A stretch of DNA of 64,000 nt from Octopus sinensis (taxonomy: Eukaryota). The DNA lies in the NCBI RefSeq assembly GCF_006345805.1, contig NC_043002.1, positions 22,816,001 through 22,880,000 on the forward strand, in the 5' to 3' direction. The notes under the pieces are model-generated. The model ran no database searches. It was not told the origin of the DNA and saw nothing but the letters and a program-made list of their open reading frames with translations. This document shows, piece by piece, positions 26,431-41,215 of this stretch (its first letter is position 1; every line of letters starts with the position of its first letter). Both the position numbers and the translations under genes were made by a program.

Positions 26431-26869
26431 CAAAATGGCAAATTTCGGCACAAGGCCAATAATTTCGGGGGAGGGTTAAGCCGTTTGCATCGACCGCAGT
26501 GATCAACTGGTAATTTATGTTATCGACCGCGAAAGGATGAAAGGCAAAGTTGACCTCGGCAGAATTTAAACTCAGACCTTGAAGAAGGGCGAAATACCCC
26601 TAAGCATTTCGCCTGGTATGCTAAGGGCTCTCTCAAGAATAATCGTTTCTAACATTATGTTCAAGGGCAGGGATTTGAGGGAGGGAACAGTCAGTTATAT
26701 TGATACCAGTAATTAACTAAGTACTATAGTTTAAAAAACCCAGGGTGGTATGAAACGAGAAGTTCACCTCGATGGGATTTGAAATCAAAATGTAGAGTCA
26801 AAATAAAATAAATACTGCGAAGTACTTTTCCGGCGCTCTAACGATTAAACTAATCCTGTCTTCTAGTGT

Positions 26870-26900
<31 letters not shown>

Positions 26901-27035
26901 GTGTATACATATATACAGAGATTGACAGACAGAGACAGAAATAAACAGAAAGTGGGAAGAGCGAATCAGAAAGGCAAAAGTGCGAGCGAGAGACAGAGAG
27001 AGGGAAGACAGAGAGAGAGAGAGAGAGAATGAGAG

Positions 27036-27071
<36 letters not shown>

Positions 27072-27424
27072 GAGAGTGTGCGTGATAGTGATAGACAGAA
27101 ACATAGCATGGTACGGCGACTGATCCAGTTAAACATCTCTGATCCAGTTAAGCGACAAGATGAAGCTTTAGCACATCGGAGGATATCCAATGTTTACCGT
27201 AGATATGAAGTGTTTGCTTAAATGGTGCTTATGCATACAACTGTAATCTTGTGTGTAGTAAATAAGGGATTATCTATAATTGGCGTCAGTTTTAAGATGG
27301 TGCTGCTGCTATTTTTTTTTTGTTTTGGTTTTTTTTTATTTTGGTTATTACTACTTAGCTGCAGGTAATCTGTTGTCAAGCAGATATATCAACAAAGACG
27401 ATCTGCTTGTGACCATCCCGTCTT

Positions 27425-27426
27425 TC

Positions 27427-27524
<98 letters not shown>

Positions 27525-27572
27525 TATATATATATATAATATATATATTATATATATATATATATGTATATG

Positions 27573-27606
<34 letters not shown>

Positions 27607-27629
27607 TATAATATATATATATATATGTA

Positions 27630-27673
<44 letters not shown>

Positions 27674-27679
27674 GTTATG

Positions 27680-27710
<31 letters not shown>

Positions 27711-27823
27711 TGTATATGTATAATATATATATAAATATATCTATGTATATATATATTATATAATATATGTATATATATATTATATATATATATATAATAT
27801 ATATATATCTATGTAATATAATA

Positions 27824-27905
<82 letters not shown>
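27425..27905. repeat. Long (TA)n microsatellite
   Basis: Direct inspection. Confidence 0.95.
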
Positions 27906-27906
<1 letters not shown>

Positions 27907-28342
27907 GCGTGGGTATAGCTGTGTAATAAAAAAACAACCTCAGTTTGCAACTACGGGTTTCAATCCCACTGCGCGGTGCCTTAGAAAAGTGTCCTCTATT
28001 ATTTGCTGGGGCAGACCAATGCGTTGTGAGAGAATTTGGTTGACGGAACGGCAATTGCATGGGAGTCAATCATATATGGACGTGTGTGTGTGTGATTGTT
28101 TTTTGTGTTTGTCCGCCCCACCACTTGACAACCGGTGTTGGTTTTTGTACGTCCCTATAAGTTAGCGGTTCGGCCAGAGTCCGATGGGATAAGTACCAGA
28201 CTTAAGTTAAGTACCGAAGCCTATTTGATTGACTAAACCCTTCAAGGCACCGCCTCAGTATATATGTATGTATGCATGTGTATATTTGTGTTTCTATGTA
28301 TGTCTAAGTACATATATAAATGTATTTATACATACACACATG

Positions 28343-28409
<67 letters not shown>

Positions 28410-28660
28410 TAAATTAGAGATAAAACCACTATTAGGCAAATCAAACAGTGTAAATCATAAACCAATACATAGAAATAAAATTAATTAATAAAAAAAATAT
28501 ATAAAATATAAAATTCAAACTTTTTGATTTGCCTAATAGTGGTTTTATCGCTAATTTAATATATATATTTATACTATAAAATTAGATTTAATCCTAAATC
28601 TAATTTTTCCCTGTAAGTTTGGATTTACTCCCTAATATTATTATATTATTATTATTATTA

Positions 28661-28691
<31 letters not shown>

Positions 28692-30653
28692 TATTATTAT
28701 ATATATATATATATATATATATGCATATAAAAACATGCAGGAAGTAAATAGGCACCTTTAATTTTCAAAATCTTTTATTTAATACGCAAAGCGAACAATT
28801 GAAATGTAATCGATAGGTAGGACTACATACTTTAGTTTCAAGTTGACATTCCCTTTGCAGTTTTTAATTCAGAAACTATTTTTTTGCGTTGAACTGATGA
28901 GTCTTGTGATTGTCTCTTGCGGAATTTCTGCCCACTTTTCACGCAACAATTGAAACAATTCAACTTTAGATTTAGGTTTCTGTTGAGTTTTTCACATAGC
29001 TCTATCTAGTATTCACCAAAGATTTCACTGCTCAACAAAATGAAACTTTTTTTAACCATCAGAGTTGCTGATTGATTTTTTCTGGGTTACGCTTTGATGC
29101 TGATTACGAATCTGAAGTCTGATTTCCTCTATCAGGTCACATTTTCATGTTAATGATACCTGCTGTTTTAACTTAAATGATGCGTAAAACGTGTCTATAT
29201 AAAGTATATAGAGGTGTTGATCTGCAACAATTTAAAGAAATAATAGTGGCGTAAAGGCGGCGTGCTGGTAGAATCGTTTGCACGCCGGGCGAAATGCTTA
29301 GCGGTATTTCGTCTACCGCTACGTTCTGAGTTCAAATTCCGCCGAGGTCGCCTTTGCATTTCATCCTTTTGGGGTCGATAAATTAAGTACCAGTTACGCA
29401 CTGTGGTCGATGTAATCGACTTAATCCCTTTGTCTCTCTTTGTTTGTCCCCTCTATGTTTAGCCCCTTGTGGGCAATAAAGAAATAAGAATCGATAACAA
29501 CCCGGGTAAAATGCTTAGCGGCGCATCGTCCGCCTTTGGCTCTGAGTTCAAATTCTGCCGAGGACGATTTTTGCTTTCATCCTTTCGGGGTCAATAAAAT
29601 AAGTATCGACTGAGTACAGGGGTCAATGTAATGATTTACCTCCTCCAACAAAACTGCCAAAATCAGAAACCAATATTAATGGCATCAATTTCAACCCATC
29701 TCAGAGAACATGCAAAGGTCATGGACGAAGACCCTAGCTCGAAATTCTACAAGTAAAAGATAAAGCAAAATAATTTGCCTATATAGGCGTAGAAGTAGCT
29801 ATGTGGTAAGTAGCTTGGTTCCGGGTTCAGTCCCACTGCGTAGCACCTTGGGCAAGTGTTTTTTTACTATAGCCTCGGGCTGACCAAAGCCTTGTGAGTG
29901 GATTTGGTAGACGGAAACTGAAAGCAGCCCGTCATATATATGTGTATATATGTGTGTACATATGTTTGTGTGTCTGTGTGTTTACGTCCCCGTAACTTAG
30001 CGGTTCGGCAAAAGAAACAGATAGAATAAATACTAGGCATACAAAGAATAAGTTCTGGGGTCGATTTGCTCGACTAAAGGCGGTGCTCCAGCATGGCCAC
30101 AGTCGCATGACTGAAACAAGTAAAAGAGAGTAAAGAGTAAAATGTACAAAGCTAAGAAGCTGTAGGGATATTTTGATGAAAATTTGATGTTTTCTTACAC
30201 GGTCCGTATCTTACTCAAACATAGACAGTCCAGCCAATCTTAATTCCATCAACGCCATCTGACCTCTACGCACGCACATATACACATATGTACAAACATA
30301 TACATTACATGCGTATATATACACGCCCGTCACACTTATACAAGCACGCGCAACACACACGCACATTCACACAAACACACACACACGCACATGTACACAT
30401 TCGTGGTCAGACAGATGGACGCCAGACCTTCCAAAGTCTTAAGTTTTCACACAAAACATTTCAGTTACTTACTGATAGCAAATAACAACATGGGGCGCGT
30501 GAATACGGGTGGTGTGCTTGTGGAAATGGCATGGCGGTGGTGGTGGTGGTGGTGAGGTGGTGGTGGTGGTTGTGGTTGTGTCGGTGGTAGTGGTAGTGGA
30601 TGTGGTGGTGAAGAGGCTGGTGATGGGTGTAATATGACAGTGGTACGGTAGCT

Positions 30654-30726
<73 letters not shown>

Positions 30727-31257
30727 ATATAGGGTAAATGGTGGTATCGGTTATGTTAACGATAGTAATAACCGAGGTGATAGTTAAACTATGCGGGTTC
30801 AAATTGCAGGGGGAAATGTGAAGGGGTACGATGGTGATGAGGTAACGGTGGGGTGATGGTACTGATAATTGGTAGCGTTTATTCAAGAGAAAGACCTCCA
30901 TCTCGGGTTGGTACAGCTCGGCATGAGTGCCACTGCATGGGCTGATAATCGATGTTGGCATGTTTACGTCCTTGTGACTTAGTAGAACAGATGCGGAAAG
31001 GTGTCTCGTTCGACCCTTTGATAATTTGGCGAATCAGCCACCCTCGATTGATCTTTTTTTCTTTTGCGTGTTATAGTCAATGGTCTACTACCATGCTGAG
31101 GCACTCCCTTGGAAAGTTTTGTCCAACAAATCGAGACTTCAGTACAATATTCTGAAACCTAGTAATTATTTTATCGGTTTCTTTTTGCCTAACCACTAGA
31201 TAACGGAGATGTAAACAATCCGACACCGGTTCTCAAGTGGACAAACACAAAGGCGTG

Positions 31258-31307
<50 letters not shown>

Positions 31308-31702
31308 TACACATATACATACATACATATGTATATATGCACATTTCTCTCTCTCTCCCTATATATATATATATATATAGGCGGTGCTCCAGCATGACCG
31401 CAGTCAAATGACTGAAACAAATAAAAGAATAAACGACGGGCTTCTTTCAGCTTCCGTCCACCAGATCCACTCACAAAGACACTTGCCACAGCACATCGGT
31501 TGTAAAACATGAATTGGTGGGCAAGCACGAAAACATACCAGCATACGTATACAAACACACACACACACTGACACACACACCACACACACCACACACACAC
31601 ACACACCACACACACACACACACACACACTGACACACACACACACACAGACACACACACACAGACACACAGACACACAGACACAGACACACACACACACA
31701 TA

Positions 31703-31958
31703 TTGGGTTGGTGTATAATTATTGTGGCTTTTTTTCAACAAAATTTATTCAACAAAAACAATGACAATATTTAACAAAAACATCTTTAAATGACGGTCTG
31801 ACCGTCTGCCAAGCAAATGGGAAGCAGTAATTGAAGTAGATGTTGAATATGCTCCGGAATAATCATTTAAAGATGTTTTTGTTACATGTTGTTATTGTTT
31901 TTGTTGAATAAAATTTGTTGAAAAAAAAAAAAGCCGCAATAATTATGCACTAACCCAA
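31703..31958. mobile_element. Mariner-type MITE
   Basis: TA-flanked TTGGGTTGGTG(T/C)ATAATTATTG TIRs; a second, truncated copy at ~57919-58146. Confidence 0.8.
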
Positions 31959-33860
31959 TATTTCACTTTAACTGGTTCTGCTTTAACATAATTCAAAGAC
32001 ACATAAAAGAAGGAAAGAATTGCATAACATTCAAACGGTTCCTGGACGAACATTTCCAATAAATTTCAGATGAACCGTCTATACCCGGATATATCGCTGC
32101 AAGCAGTAGCTCTTTATTCGGATTGGCTTTGGTGCCCGAAGAATGACTGTTGTATAAATCAACGTTAAATGTCTTTTCCAGGTGGTGCTGTTAAATTATT
32201 CACGGCCTGAGTCAGTTCTGGCCGAAAGTTATCAAAGTGGATAAACATACATTCATACATCCATACATATGCATGTGTGTATGCATTACGCACAAAAGCA
32301 GTATATCTAATCTTCAATTTGTCTCTCCCTCTTTGTATCACCAACAGCTGTCTTGTTCTCCTTTCTTTCATTCACTTCCACAGCAACGCATATTATATCA
32401 GCAACGTCATTCTGCAAACCTCATTTTACTTCGAAGCGGCAAAAATCTTTTCCTCCGAACTCCTTTGTTTTTCTTTCTCCGTCTTTCATTCTTCCTCACA
32501 CTCCACACTCTCTCCTTCCCCTTCATTTCTCTCTCTTTCTCTCTCAGTCTCTCCATCTCTCTCTCTCTCGCTCGCTCGCTCTCCGTGTCTGCATTCTATT
32601 CTCTCTATCTATCATTCTCGCTTTCTCCTTCGCTGTCTTTCTCCCGATGCGTTTCATGGCGTCTGTTTCATATTTCGTCCGTTATTCTAGAAAGACAGTT
32701 GGGCGAGCTGTCTTTTGATGTTGTCGAGGCGAATTTGCGTCTCGGTTTCAATCCTTGGTAGACATAATGTGACACCACCAGAACTCAAAACGCTAGAACT
32801 CAAAACATTTTATTCCTTTCTATTATTTTCTTCTTTTGTTCTGTTTTTATTTATTGGTCCACGCCTGAAAGTGGATTTTGGCACCACAGACCAACAGGAT
32901 TACTCGTGAACATTACTGTGCATCTGCTATTTGCTTCCGTCCATTACACAACAGTAACTACAAAGAACTTCGGACCAACTAAACGGACCAACGCTTCTTC
33001 TGAACATATGGGAACATAACGTAGACAAGGCAGTGAAGGGCAGTTCAGAGTAGTGCAGAGTAGTGCAGGGCAGTTCAGAGTAGTGCAGAATAGTGCAGGG
33101 CAGAGCAAGGCAGAGCAAAGCACATAGCAGAGCTGGCGGAGTCGAACTACCGACTTGTTGATGGATTGTTCTATATACTATGGACTCGGTCCACCTAATT
33201 TTTACTTTACCTTAATAGAGTACCTTTCCAGATATTCAGTATTCAAGGAAAACTGTAAATGTGTTATGAACGAATTAATGCCAGATCCATTTGCGTGGCA
33301 AACCTTTTAAATGTTCCTTAAATAATTTACTAAAACACAGCTGCATCAACTACATTTTTACCTGTTAACAAAGAGAACGGCGAACGTATACCTAACAAAC
33401 AGTACCCAATCCAATTTTCTTTTGCTTTTATTTTATTTTATTTCGCTGTCAGGTATTGATATTGAGACTGTTTGTCAGCTCCCTGCTCATCCCCGATTAG
33501 TGCTATACCTTTTGCGGGTTTTTTTTTTTTTTTTGAAGTATCACCTTGCTCTAGCTTAGATTTTGTCAGCTAATATTTTGTTTATACATTATCACTTTAC
33601 AAATCCGATCGATATTTGCTTTTCGTCATAGAACCTACAGCAAAAGTAGAAGTAAAATTAACAAGAATAACAACAACGACAGCAGCGATAACAAGATCAA
33701 CAACTATAACAATTATCAAAATGATGATGTAGCAATCAATACTCAACTGAAGAGTGAAGCAGACTACGTTCATACAAACGAGCAGATATTATAAAATTAA
33801 GTGTTACTATATCTCTAGAGAGAAAGAGAGAGAGAGAAACCTCGAGCCAAATCACGCAAA

Positions 33861-34052
33861 ATGAGGAGAAAATCGGTGAATTTTAGGTTGCCAGACGAAG
33901 AAAATGCATGTATGTCAGAGGCAACAGCCCAAAGTTCTGCAACGGCTCTTAGTAATACAACAGACCATAGTTCTGCAACAACCCCTAGTTCTCTGCCGCT
34001 TGACAATAGTAGTTCGATTTTTATGGTCACTTCCGATGACACTTCGGATAAG
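33861..34052 (+). CDS. BCR/ABR-like RhoGEF gene, exon A (N-terminal region)
   Basis: MRRKSVNFRLPDEEN...SDDTSDK, donor AAG|gtaatt, phase 0. An in-frame acceptor atatctctag|33819 could make it an internal exon. Confidence 0.6.
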
Positions 34053-35674
34053 GTAATTTTGTATTATTGTAATATTGTTTGTCAGCCGTTCTAAGTCATA
34101 TTTTCCTTCCTTTCTTCGAGGGTCGATAAAATAAAGTACCAGTCAAGTACTGAGGTCCATCTATTCGACTGTTTCCCTACGCCAAATTTCTCTTGTCCCT
34201 GTATTAGAAATAGTTGTTTTGTTTTTTTAGTTTATTGTTGTTGTTACTGTTATTTTTTAATGTTATCCTCGTTATAATAATTGTTGTTGTTGATGATGAT
34301 GATGTTTAACCCCAGGTCATCTTTGATTGAGCAAGTCGATTAGCTGTTGTTTAACGCCAATTCACCCACGATTGGCCAAGGTGTTAAAATAGAAAGCATC
34401 TCGTTTATTTCGTATGATTAAGACTATAAAGTATCCTTCCTTTGATAAGACGAAAGGGTCCGATTAAAGGGATTTTGGCTATTTCTAGAAGGCATAGTGA
34501 TAAGGTAAGCAGTAATTTCCGGCTATTTTTTTTTTACCTGTGGACCCTTTTGTTTCCTATTTTACTCAGATGGACCCTCATAGCCTTTCGATGTTTTAAA
34601 AAAATTCTTATATTTTTATAATCAAATATTATTAAGAATTGTATATATAAAAATTGTTAAAGGATTTTGGGTATTTTAGAAGTATAACCAATTTATTGGA
34701 AATGGATTTTAACAATAAAATTTTATATGGACCACCAACTAATGAACCAGTGAGAACCACTGAGTGGGGCAGTAGCCGATATACTCTTTATCGATATGAC
34801 AGGAAGGTTATAATAGGATTTATTATATTATTTATAATAGAAGAAATGGTTAACTAATAACTAGTCATATAACATTAATTACTGATTAGTCAAGTCACTT
34901 GTACTATGCTAATAAGTAATTAGTCATTCCACTGCATTAATTAATGATTAGTCAGTCGTATTGTACTAATTAAATTTAGTCATTCATATTGCATTAATTC
35001 ATAATTAAGTTTATTACACTAATTAATAGTTAGTCAGTAATTAGTCATTCGTACTGCAGTAATTATTAATTAGTTAGGCCCAGGTAATTGACATGCCATT
35101 TCTCCCGAAAATTGCGAACCTTCTCCCAAATTAGAAAGAATTGTTATGATTAGTCCTAAATTACGATTAGTCCTAAATGACAAATATTTCGTTTACCTCT
35201 TTCGATGTTTCGATCCGGTTCTTCAGTAGAAGAAGTCAGTAGAGTAGAAGTCGTTTCCCACCATCCTGTTTGGAGTAAACTCCTGCAAAGGAGATTTACG
35301 CTTGAAGCGGACATCACTACATGTGTGATTAAATGATTGCTTCAGTAAATATTATCAAAGGAACAAACAGTTATTTAACAAAGGTGGTAATTGTGATATT
35401 AATGTTGGAAATGGAATTTATTGCATATTCAATGATGTCCCACACCGAATATGCAGGTATTCTCGTCAAGTCGTTCGTTGCGTGTGTTCGTATGTATTTA
35501 TTATGTGTATACATATATATGTATGTGTGTGTGTAAATGTATGTATGTATGTATTATGTACAGAAGGGTTATATATATATAACCCTTCTGACGGTGCTTC
35601 GGCCTAAGCTAAATTGATTTTTTCCTGTAAGTTTTGGAATTATATTCCTTACTATTATTAGACACACACACACA

Positions 35675-35714
<40 letters not shown>

Positions 35715-35817
35715 GTCTGTCTGTGTGTGTGTGTGTGTGTGTGTTTAATAATAGCAAGGAATATAATTCCAAAACTTACAGGGAAAAATTCAATTTAACC
35801 ATTTTAAATCAAATTTC

Positions 35818-35880
<63 letters not shown>

Positions 35881-35982
35881 TATATATATACTATTAAAGA
35901 ATGTATGTGTGTGCTTGAAAATTGGTACAACGATTGTTTCGGCCTTTGTCATCGTCTATATATATATGTATATATATATATA

Positions 35983-37272
35983 CGAGGGGCGTTCAATAAG
36001 TAATACCCATGACCCACTTCCCATAGCAGTAGAGCAACGAAACTTGGAACAGTTATTAGTCTTTTTCTACATAAGAACCACCCAGAGTTACGCATTTCTC
36101 CCATCGTTTGATGCAGCTCTGAAGACCGTTTTTGTAGAAGACCCCAGCTTGGTCCTCCAACCACGACGTGACTTCAGAAATCAAGGCTGCATCATCTGAG
36201 AAACGCTTTCCTTTCAAACACAACTTCATGGCTGGAAGAGGTGAAAATCAGAGGGTGCAAGGTCAGGAGAGTAGGGGGATGGGGGATGAGTTCATAGCCG
36301 CACGCCTGTGTTTCTGATCTGGCGACACGCGAGTTGTGGATCGGAGCGTTGTCCTGCAGGAGGAGGGTGCCTTTGCTGATCTTGCCCCGCCTCTTGATTT
36401 TGATAGCTTCTCTTAATTTCCTCAAAAGTGAAGCATAATAGACTCCTGTAATTGTGGCACCCTTTGCCAGGAAATCTGTCATCACTACTCCGTCCTGGTC
36501 CCAGAAGACTGTAAGCATGGCCTTGCCAGCGGAGGGCTGCACCCTTGCCTTCTCTGGAGAAGGTGAGTCACGGTGCTTCCACTGCATTGACTGGGCTTTG
36601 GTCTCTGGATCATAGTGATAGACTCAGGTTTTATCCTATGCAATCAGTCTTTTGAAAAATTTTGACTCTTCTTCTTGGCACATCTCCAAATTCATCCTCG
36701 AGCACTCGACGCGTTCTTGCTTCTGGAAAGGTGTGAGCAACCTGGGAATCCATCTGGCAGACACCTTTTGCATATGCAAATAGTCATGAATGATAGTTTC
36801 CACAGACCCGGTACTAATCTTGACCTCATGTGCTATTTGGCGAATAGTTATGCGTCGATCTTCCAAAATGGCAGCCTCAACTTGACAGACAGTTGCCTCA
36901 TCAATGGCAGAAGTGGGCGACCAGATCTGGGAGCTGTTTCCACAGAGTTCCGACCATGTTTGAATTCACGATGCCAGCGTTTTACAAGGTCATATGATGG
37001 GGCATTATCACCATAAGTTTCTTTCATTTCATCAAAAGTCTCCCGTGGTGTGCGTCCTTTCAAATACAAAAACCGGATCACTGCTCGACACTCAACATGC
37101 TCCATTTCACACTTGACTCAGTTCAAACACCTGTAAATCGGAAACCACAATTAGTTCAGAGCTGTAATTCTCCACTTAATCTATAGAGATATAAATAATT
37201 GCACATGCAAAATTTCAGCTAGATCAAACAACTGCAAGTGGGTCAGAGGCATTACTTATTGAACGCCCCTCG
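35983..37272 (-). mobile_element. Near-complete mariner transposon with frameshifted transposase
   Basis: TIR CGAGGGGCGTTCAATAAGTAAT, TA TSD; transposase pieces 36848..37105, 36636..36866 (WIPRLL) and 36192..36587 (LLQDNAPIH). Confidence 0.95.
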
Positions 37273-37399
37273 TATATACATGGATGTTACACATAAGACT
37301 CACGTACAAAAAAAAACACACAGACACTCACACACTGTGCATGTATGTAGGCAAGTATTTATGCATGTCCATATATGTGTGTACCTTGAATAATCTGTA

Positions 37400-37644
37400 T
37401 TTCACCTTGTTTGGTTGGTTGGTTGGCATCCTTTCTGTCTCGGGAGACAATGGAGTTGCGCATAAAGTAGTCTAGTCCGGCTTTTATATTTCATGTCCTG
37501 ATACATTTCCTGCTGTGGCTGTGTAGTCCTGTCCTATCCTGGACAAACACTTCCTCTGGCAGGTACCGCAAATGTAGCGAAGACTGTTCCTGGCTGGTTG
37601 TAATGCCATAGTTTCTTGCTGACGTCTCTTCTTTTCTTTCCATT

Positions 37645-37691
<47 letters not shown>

Positions 37692-37790
37692 ACTCCTTTG
37701 TATTCCCTCTTTTACGGTACGTCGCCATTCTCCACGGTTGCCAGCAACTGCCTCCCAACCGCTAATATTGATGTTGCAGGCCTTCATGTC
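37400..37790 (-). mobile_element. RTE-like LINE 3' end
   Basis: WEAVAGNRGEWRRTVKEG and CGTCQRKCLSRIG...HSHSRKC zinc-finger-like C-terminus typical of RTE elements. Confidence 0.75.
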
Positions 37791-37863
37791 CCTTGTTTAT
37801 TTGTATGCTTATCAATATATTTTTTCTTTTTTTTCTTCATGTATTTATCACTCGGCTTTGAAG

Positions 37864-38049
37864 GATCAAGCCAATGATGAATTTTCCAAGGATGCGTTAC
37901 ATTATGTTGAAATACCAAGGACAATACAAACCCAAGAAGAGTTGGATCAGAAGACAAATGATCAGCTGATGTCTCTATGCCTGCTCACTTTGACCAATAT
38001 TTTATCCACCGAATTCCATTATGCTGAACAGCTGAGAAAGTTATACCAT
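37864..38049 (+). CDS. BCR/ABR-like gene, exon B (start of DH domain)
   Basis: ttgaag|GAT...CAT|gtgagt, 186 nt, phase 0/0; LTNILSTEFHYAEQLRKLYH matches the DH CR1 pattern IL.TE..Y...L..L. Confidence 0.85.
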
Positions 38050-38275
<226 letters not shown>

Positions 38276-40425
38276 TAATTATTTCGTGTGTACTTGTGTT
38301 ATCCTCTCAAGATATTTTCTTTGCTCTGAAAGCAAATCTTCCTCAAATCAAACCATTGTTTCAGCTTTAGAAAATAAAGGGATGCATGTTTAACTGTGGT
38401 TCTTGATAAACTATGTTTCCATAAAAGACAGCACGGTCACGGTTGGGAATCCTTGAACCAAAGGTCTTCCTTCTTGAACGGGGCCAACCTGGGGTTAAAT
38501 AGCAACCACTGCTACCACCAGCACCTCCACCACTGTAACCATCACCCCCATTACTACCAGAAAACCTCTACAATACCACTAATATTCCCCCCACATACAT
38601 ACACATACGCTCACATGCACACACAGATCTCAGGTATCTTACAATACAAATTCATAAACGTATATATATATATATTATGTATGAATATGTATGTATGTAT
38701 TTATATCTGTGTGTGTATGTGTGTAGGAGTAAATGTAAGAAGGGGCCGACCCACACAGAATAGAAGTGATATCAAGAGTTAAAGGGGTTGAAGAAGAGTA
38801 TTACAAATCCAGCAGCTGTCTCTGGGAGCTCGGTGGTCCAAAATAATGATTGTAATTTGACTTCATCGTCGGATGATACGAACCTCCTTCTTCAGGAAAG
38901 AAATCTTACATCTGAGGTGTTGATAGAAAGGAGGTTAAGGATAGAATGATTTTGTGGAGAGATAAGTGTGCTTGAGGAAGAATTGGGGAGGTATCCAGAT
39001 AGAGAATAGAGAGAGAAAATAAATTTATACTTACAAGCACGTGCATGCATAAAATACTTAGATATACACGTAGAAACAAGCATATCAAACTATGTACATA
39101 CCAATATATACATAAGTATCTGTGAAAGAATAAGTGGTGTAAGAGAGAAAGTGAGAGAAATGAAGAGAGAAAAGTTGGGTATGTTGATTTAGTCCGAGGA
39201 TGAAAAAAACTACATAATTACATGGTGTTTCGGATATGTGTCTCTCTTCAAGGAGAGGGTAGAGAAAACATCCATGTGTAAATACATGTGAAGAAAACAA
39301 TGAGAGGAGCTAAATATTAAGGGTGAATTGAGAAAGCGGGGTGAAAGTTTGTTACAATATCACTGTCTAGAAAAATGAGATGTTTGTGAAGAGCGCCAAT
39401 CCAAATGAATTTCTAACATACGATTATACTTTATTTGTTCTGTGAAGTACATACGCTACGACACATTTTCTGCTGTGTCTGTTCGATTTCGTGAGATGTT
39501 TAATGATTATAAATGCGTAAAACTGTGAATACTACGGAGTTAATCATAAGCTATTACACACGTACAAACGTAAGTATGTATGTATGTATGTATGTATGTA
39601 TGTATGTATGTATGTATGTATGTATGTATGTATGTACGTATGTATGTATGTATTTATGTATGTGTAGTTTATGTCAGGTCACTTTCGAGTGCTACTGGTA
39701 ACATGTAACCCAGTACAACCTGTTGCATGGTCGGATCGTCGGCGACTAAACCGGCAACTCCACCAAGCTTAATTGGTGAGGAGGGTGTTTATTGGACACC
39801 CTGCGGGATGAAAAACAAAACCCGTCAAAGGGCGGAGGAACTCTTGAGAGTCAACGGCCATCCAGTAAATGTCTTAAGGATGTATCATGCGCAGGGACAT
39901 AGAAATAATCGGACTGAATACCCGATCGCGCGGTTAAACCATTGGGAGTGAAGGACTCCCAGCCTTTGTTAGGGCATCCCTCTAGGAGAAGGTAACTCAG
40001 GTAACTGGGATAACTCTGACATAAAACCTGCGACTCAGTGGTTACCGATGATGTTGACTTGTTCTTCTTTTCGGATTATGGCTGCTGTTGCTTAGTGAGT
40101 GGGATTGACTCAATACACAGCCTTTCCTCACTTTAAAAAAATCTTCTTGCACAGGCATTGCACGATAACAACATTGATTAAGCTACGTGCAATGGCCATA
40201 TTCGATAACGAGGGGACAGCCACCATGTATGTGTAGATAGATAGATAGATTTATCGTGATCGACCAGACTATCGGATGATGTTATACATCGCTGGTCACA
40301 ATGTGTTTTGCATCATTTTGGCTTTCTAAGGATGCCATCTCGCTGGCTAAGCGAACAAGCCAATATGTGTGTGTGTATTTATGTACGTGTGTATACATAC
40401 ATACATACATACATATATACACTAT

Positions 40426-40771
<346 letters not shown>

Positions 40772-40773
40772 TA

Positions 40774-40879
<106 letters not shown>

Positions 40880-40880
40880 T

Positions 40881-41047
40881 ATAAATGAAAGAATGGAGTC
40901 GAACGAAGATTTTAACAAAATTCCTTTACTCTCAACACATGTTTCGAAGACTGCATACTCTTAATTCAGTCTTTCTGTCTTCGAAACATGTGTTGAGAGT
41001 AAAGGAATTTTGTTAAAATCTTCGTTCGACTCCATTCTTTCATTTAT
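40881..41047. repeat. Perfect 71-bp inverted repeat with 25-nt loop
   Basis: 40881-40951 is the exact reverse complement of 40977-41047. Confidence 0.95.
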
Positions 41048-41215
41048 TCATATTTAAAAAAAAAAACACAAATTACCACACAAGAACACGGGGTTTCTGC
41101 CCTTGGCATGCAGCTTCAACCGTGTTTTCTGACGTGAATTTGCTACCCAGGTATCGATTAACCGAATTATCAATATTAGGATAATTCATTCACCTACTTA
41201 TATATATATATATAT

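Noticed and set aside
33632-33795. Asn-rich open frame upstream of exon A
   Set aside because: It is separated from the exon A frame by three stops with no convincing donor, so it cannot be assigned without transcripts.
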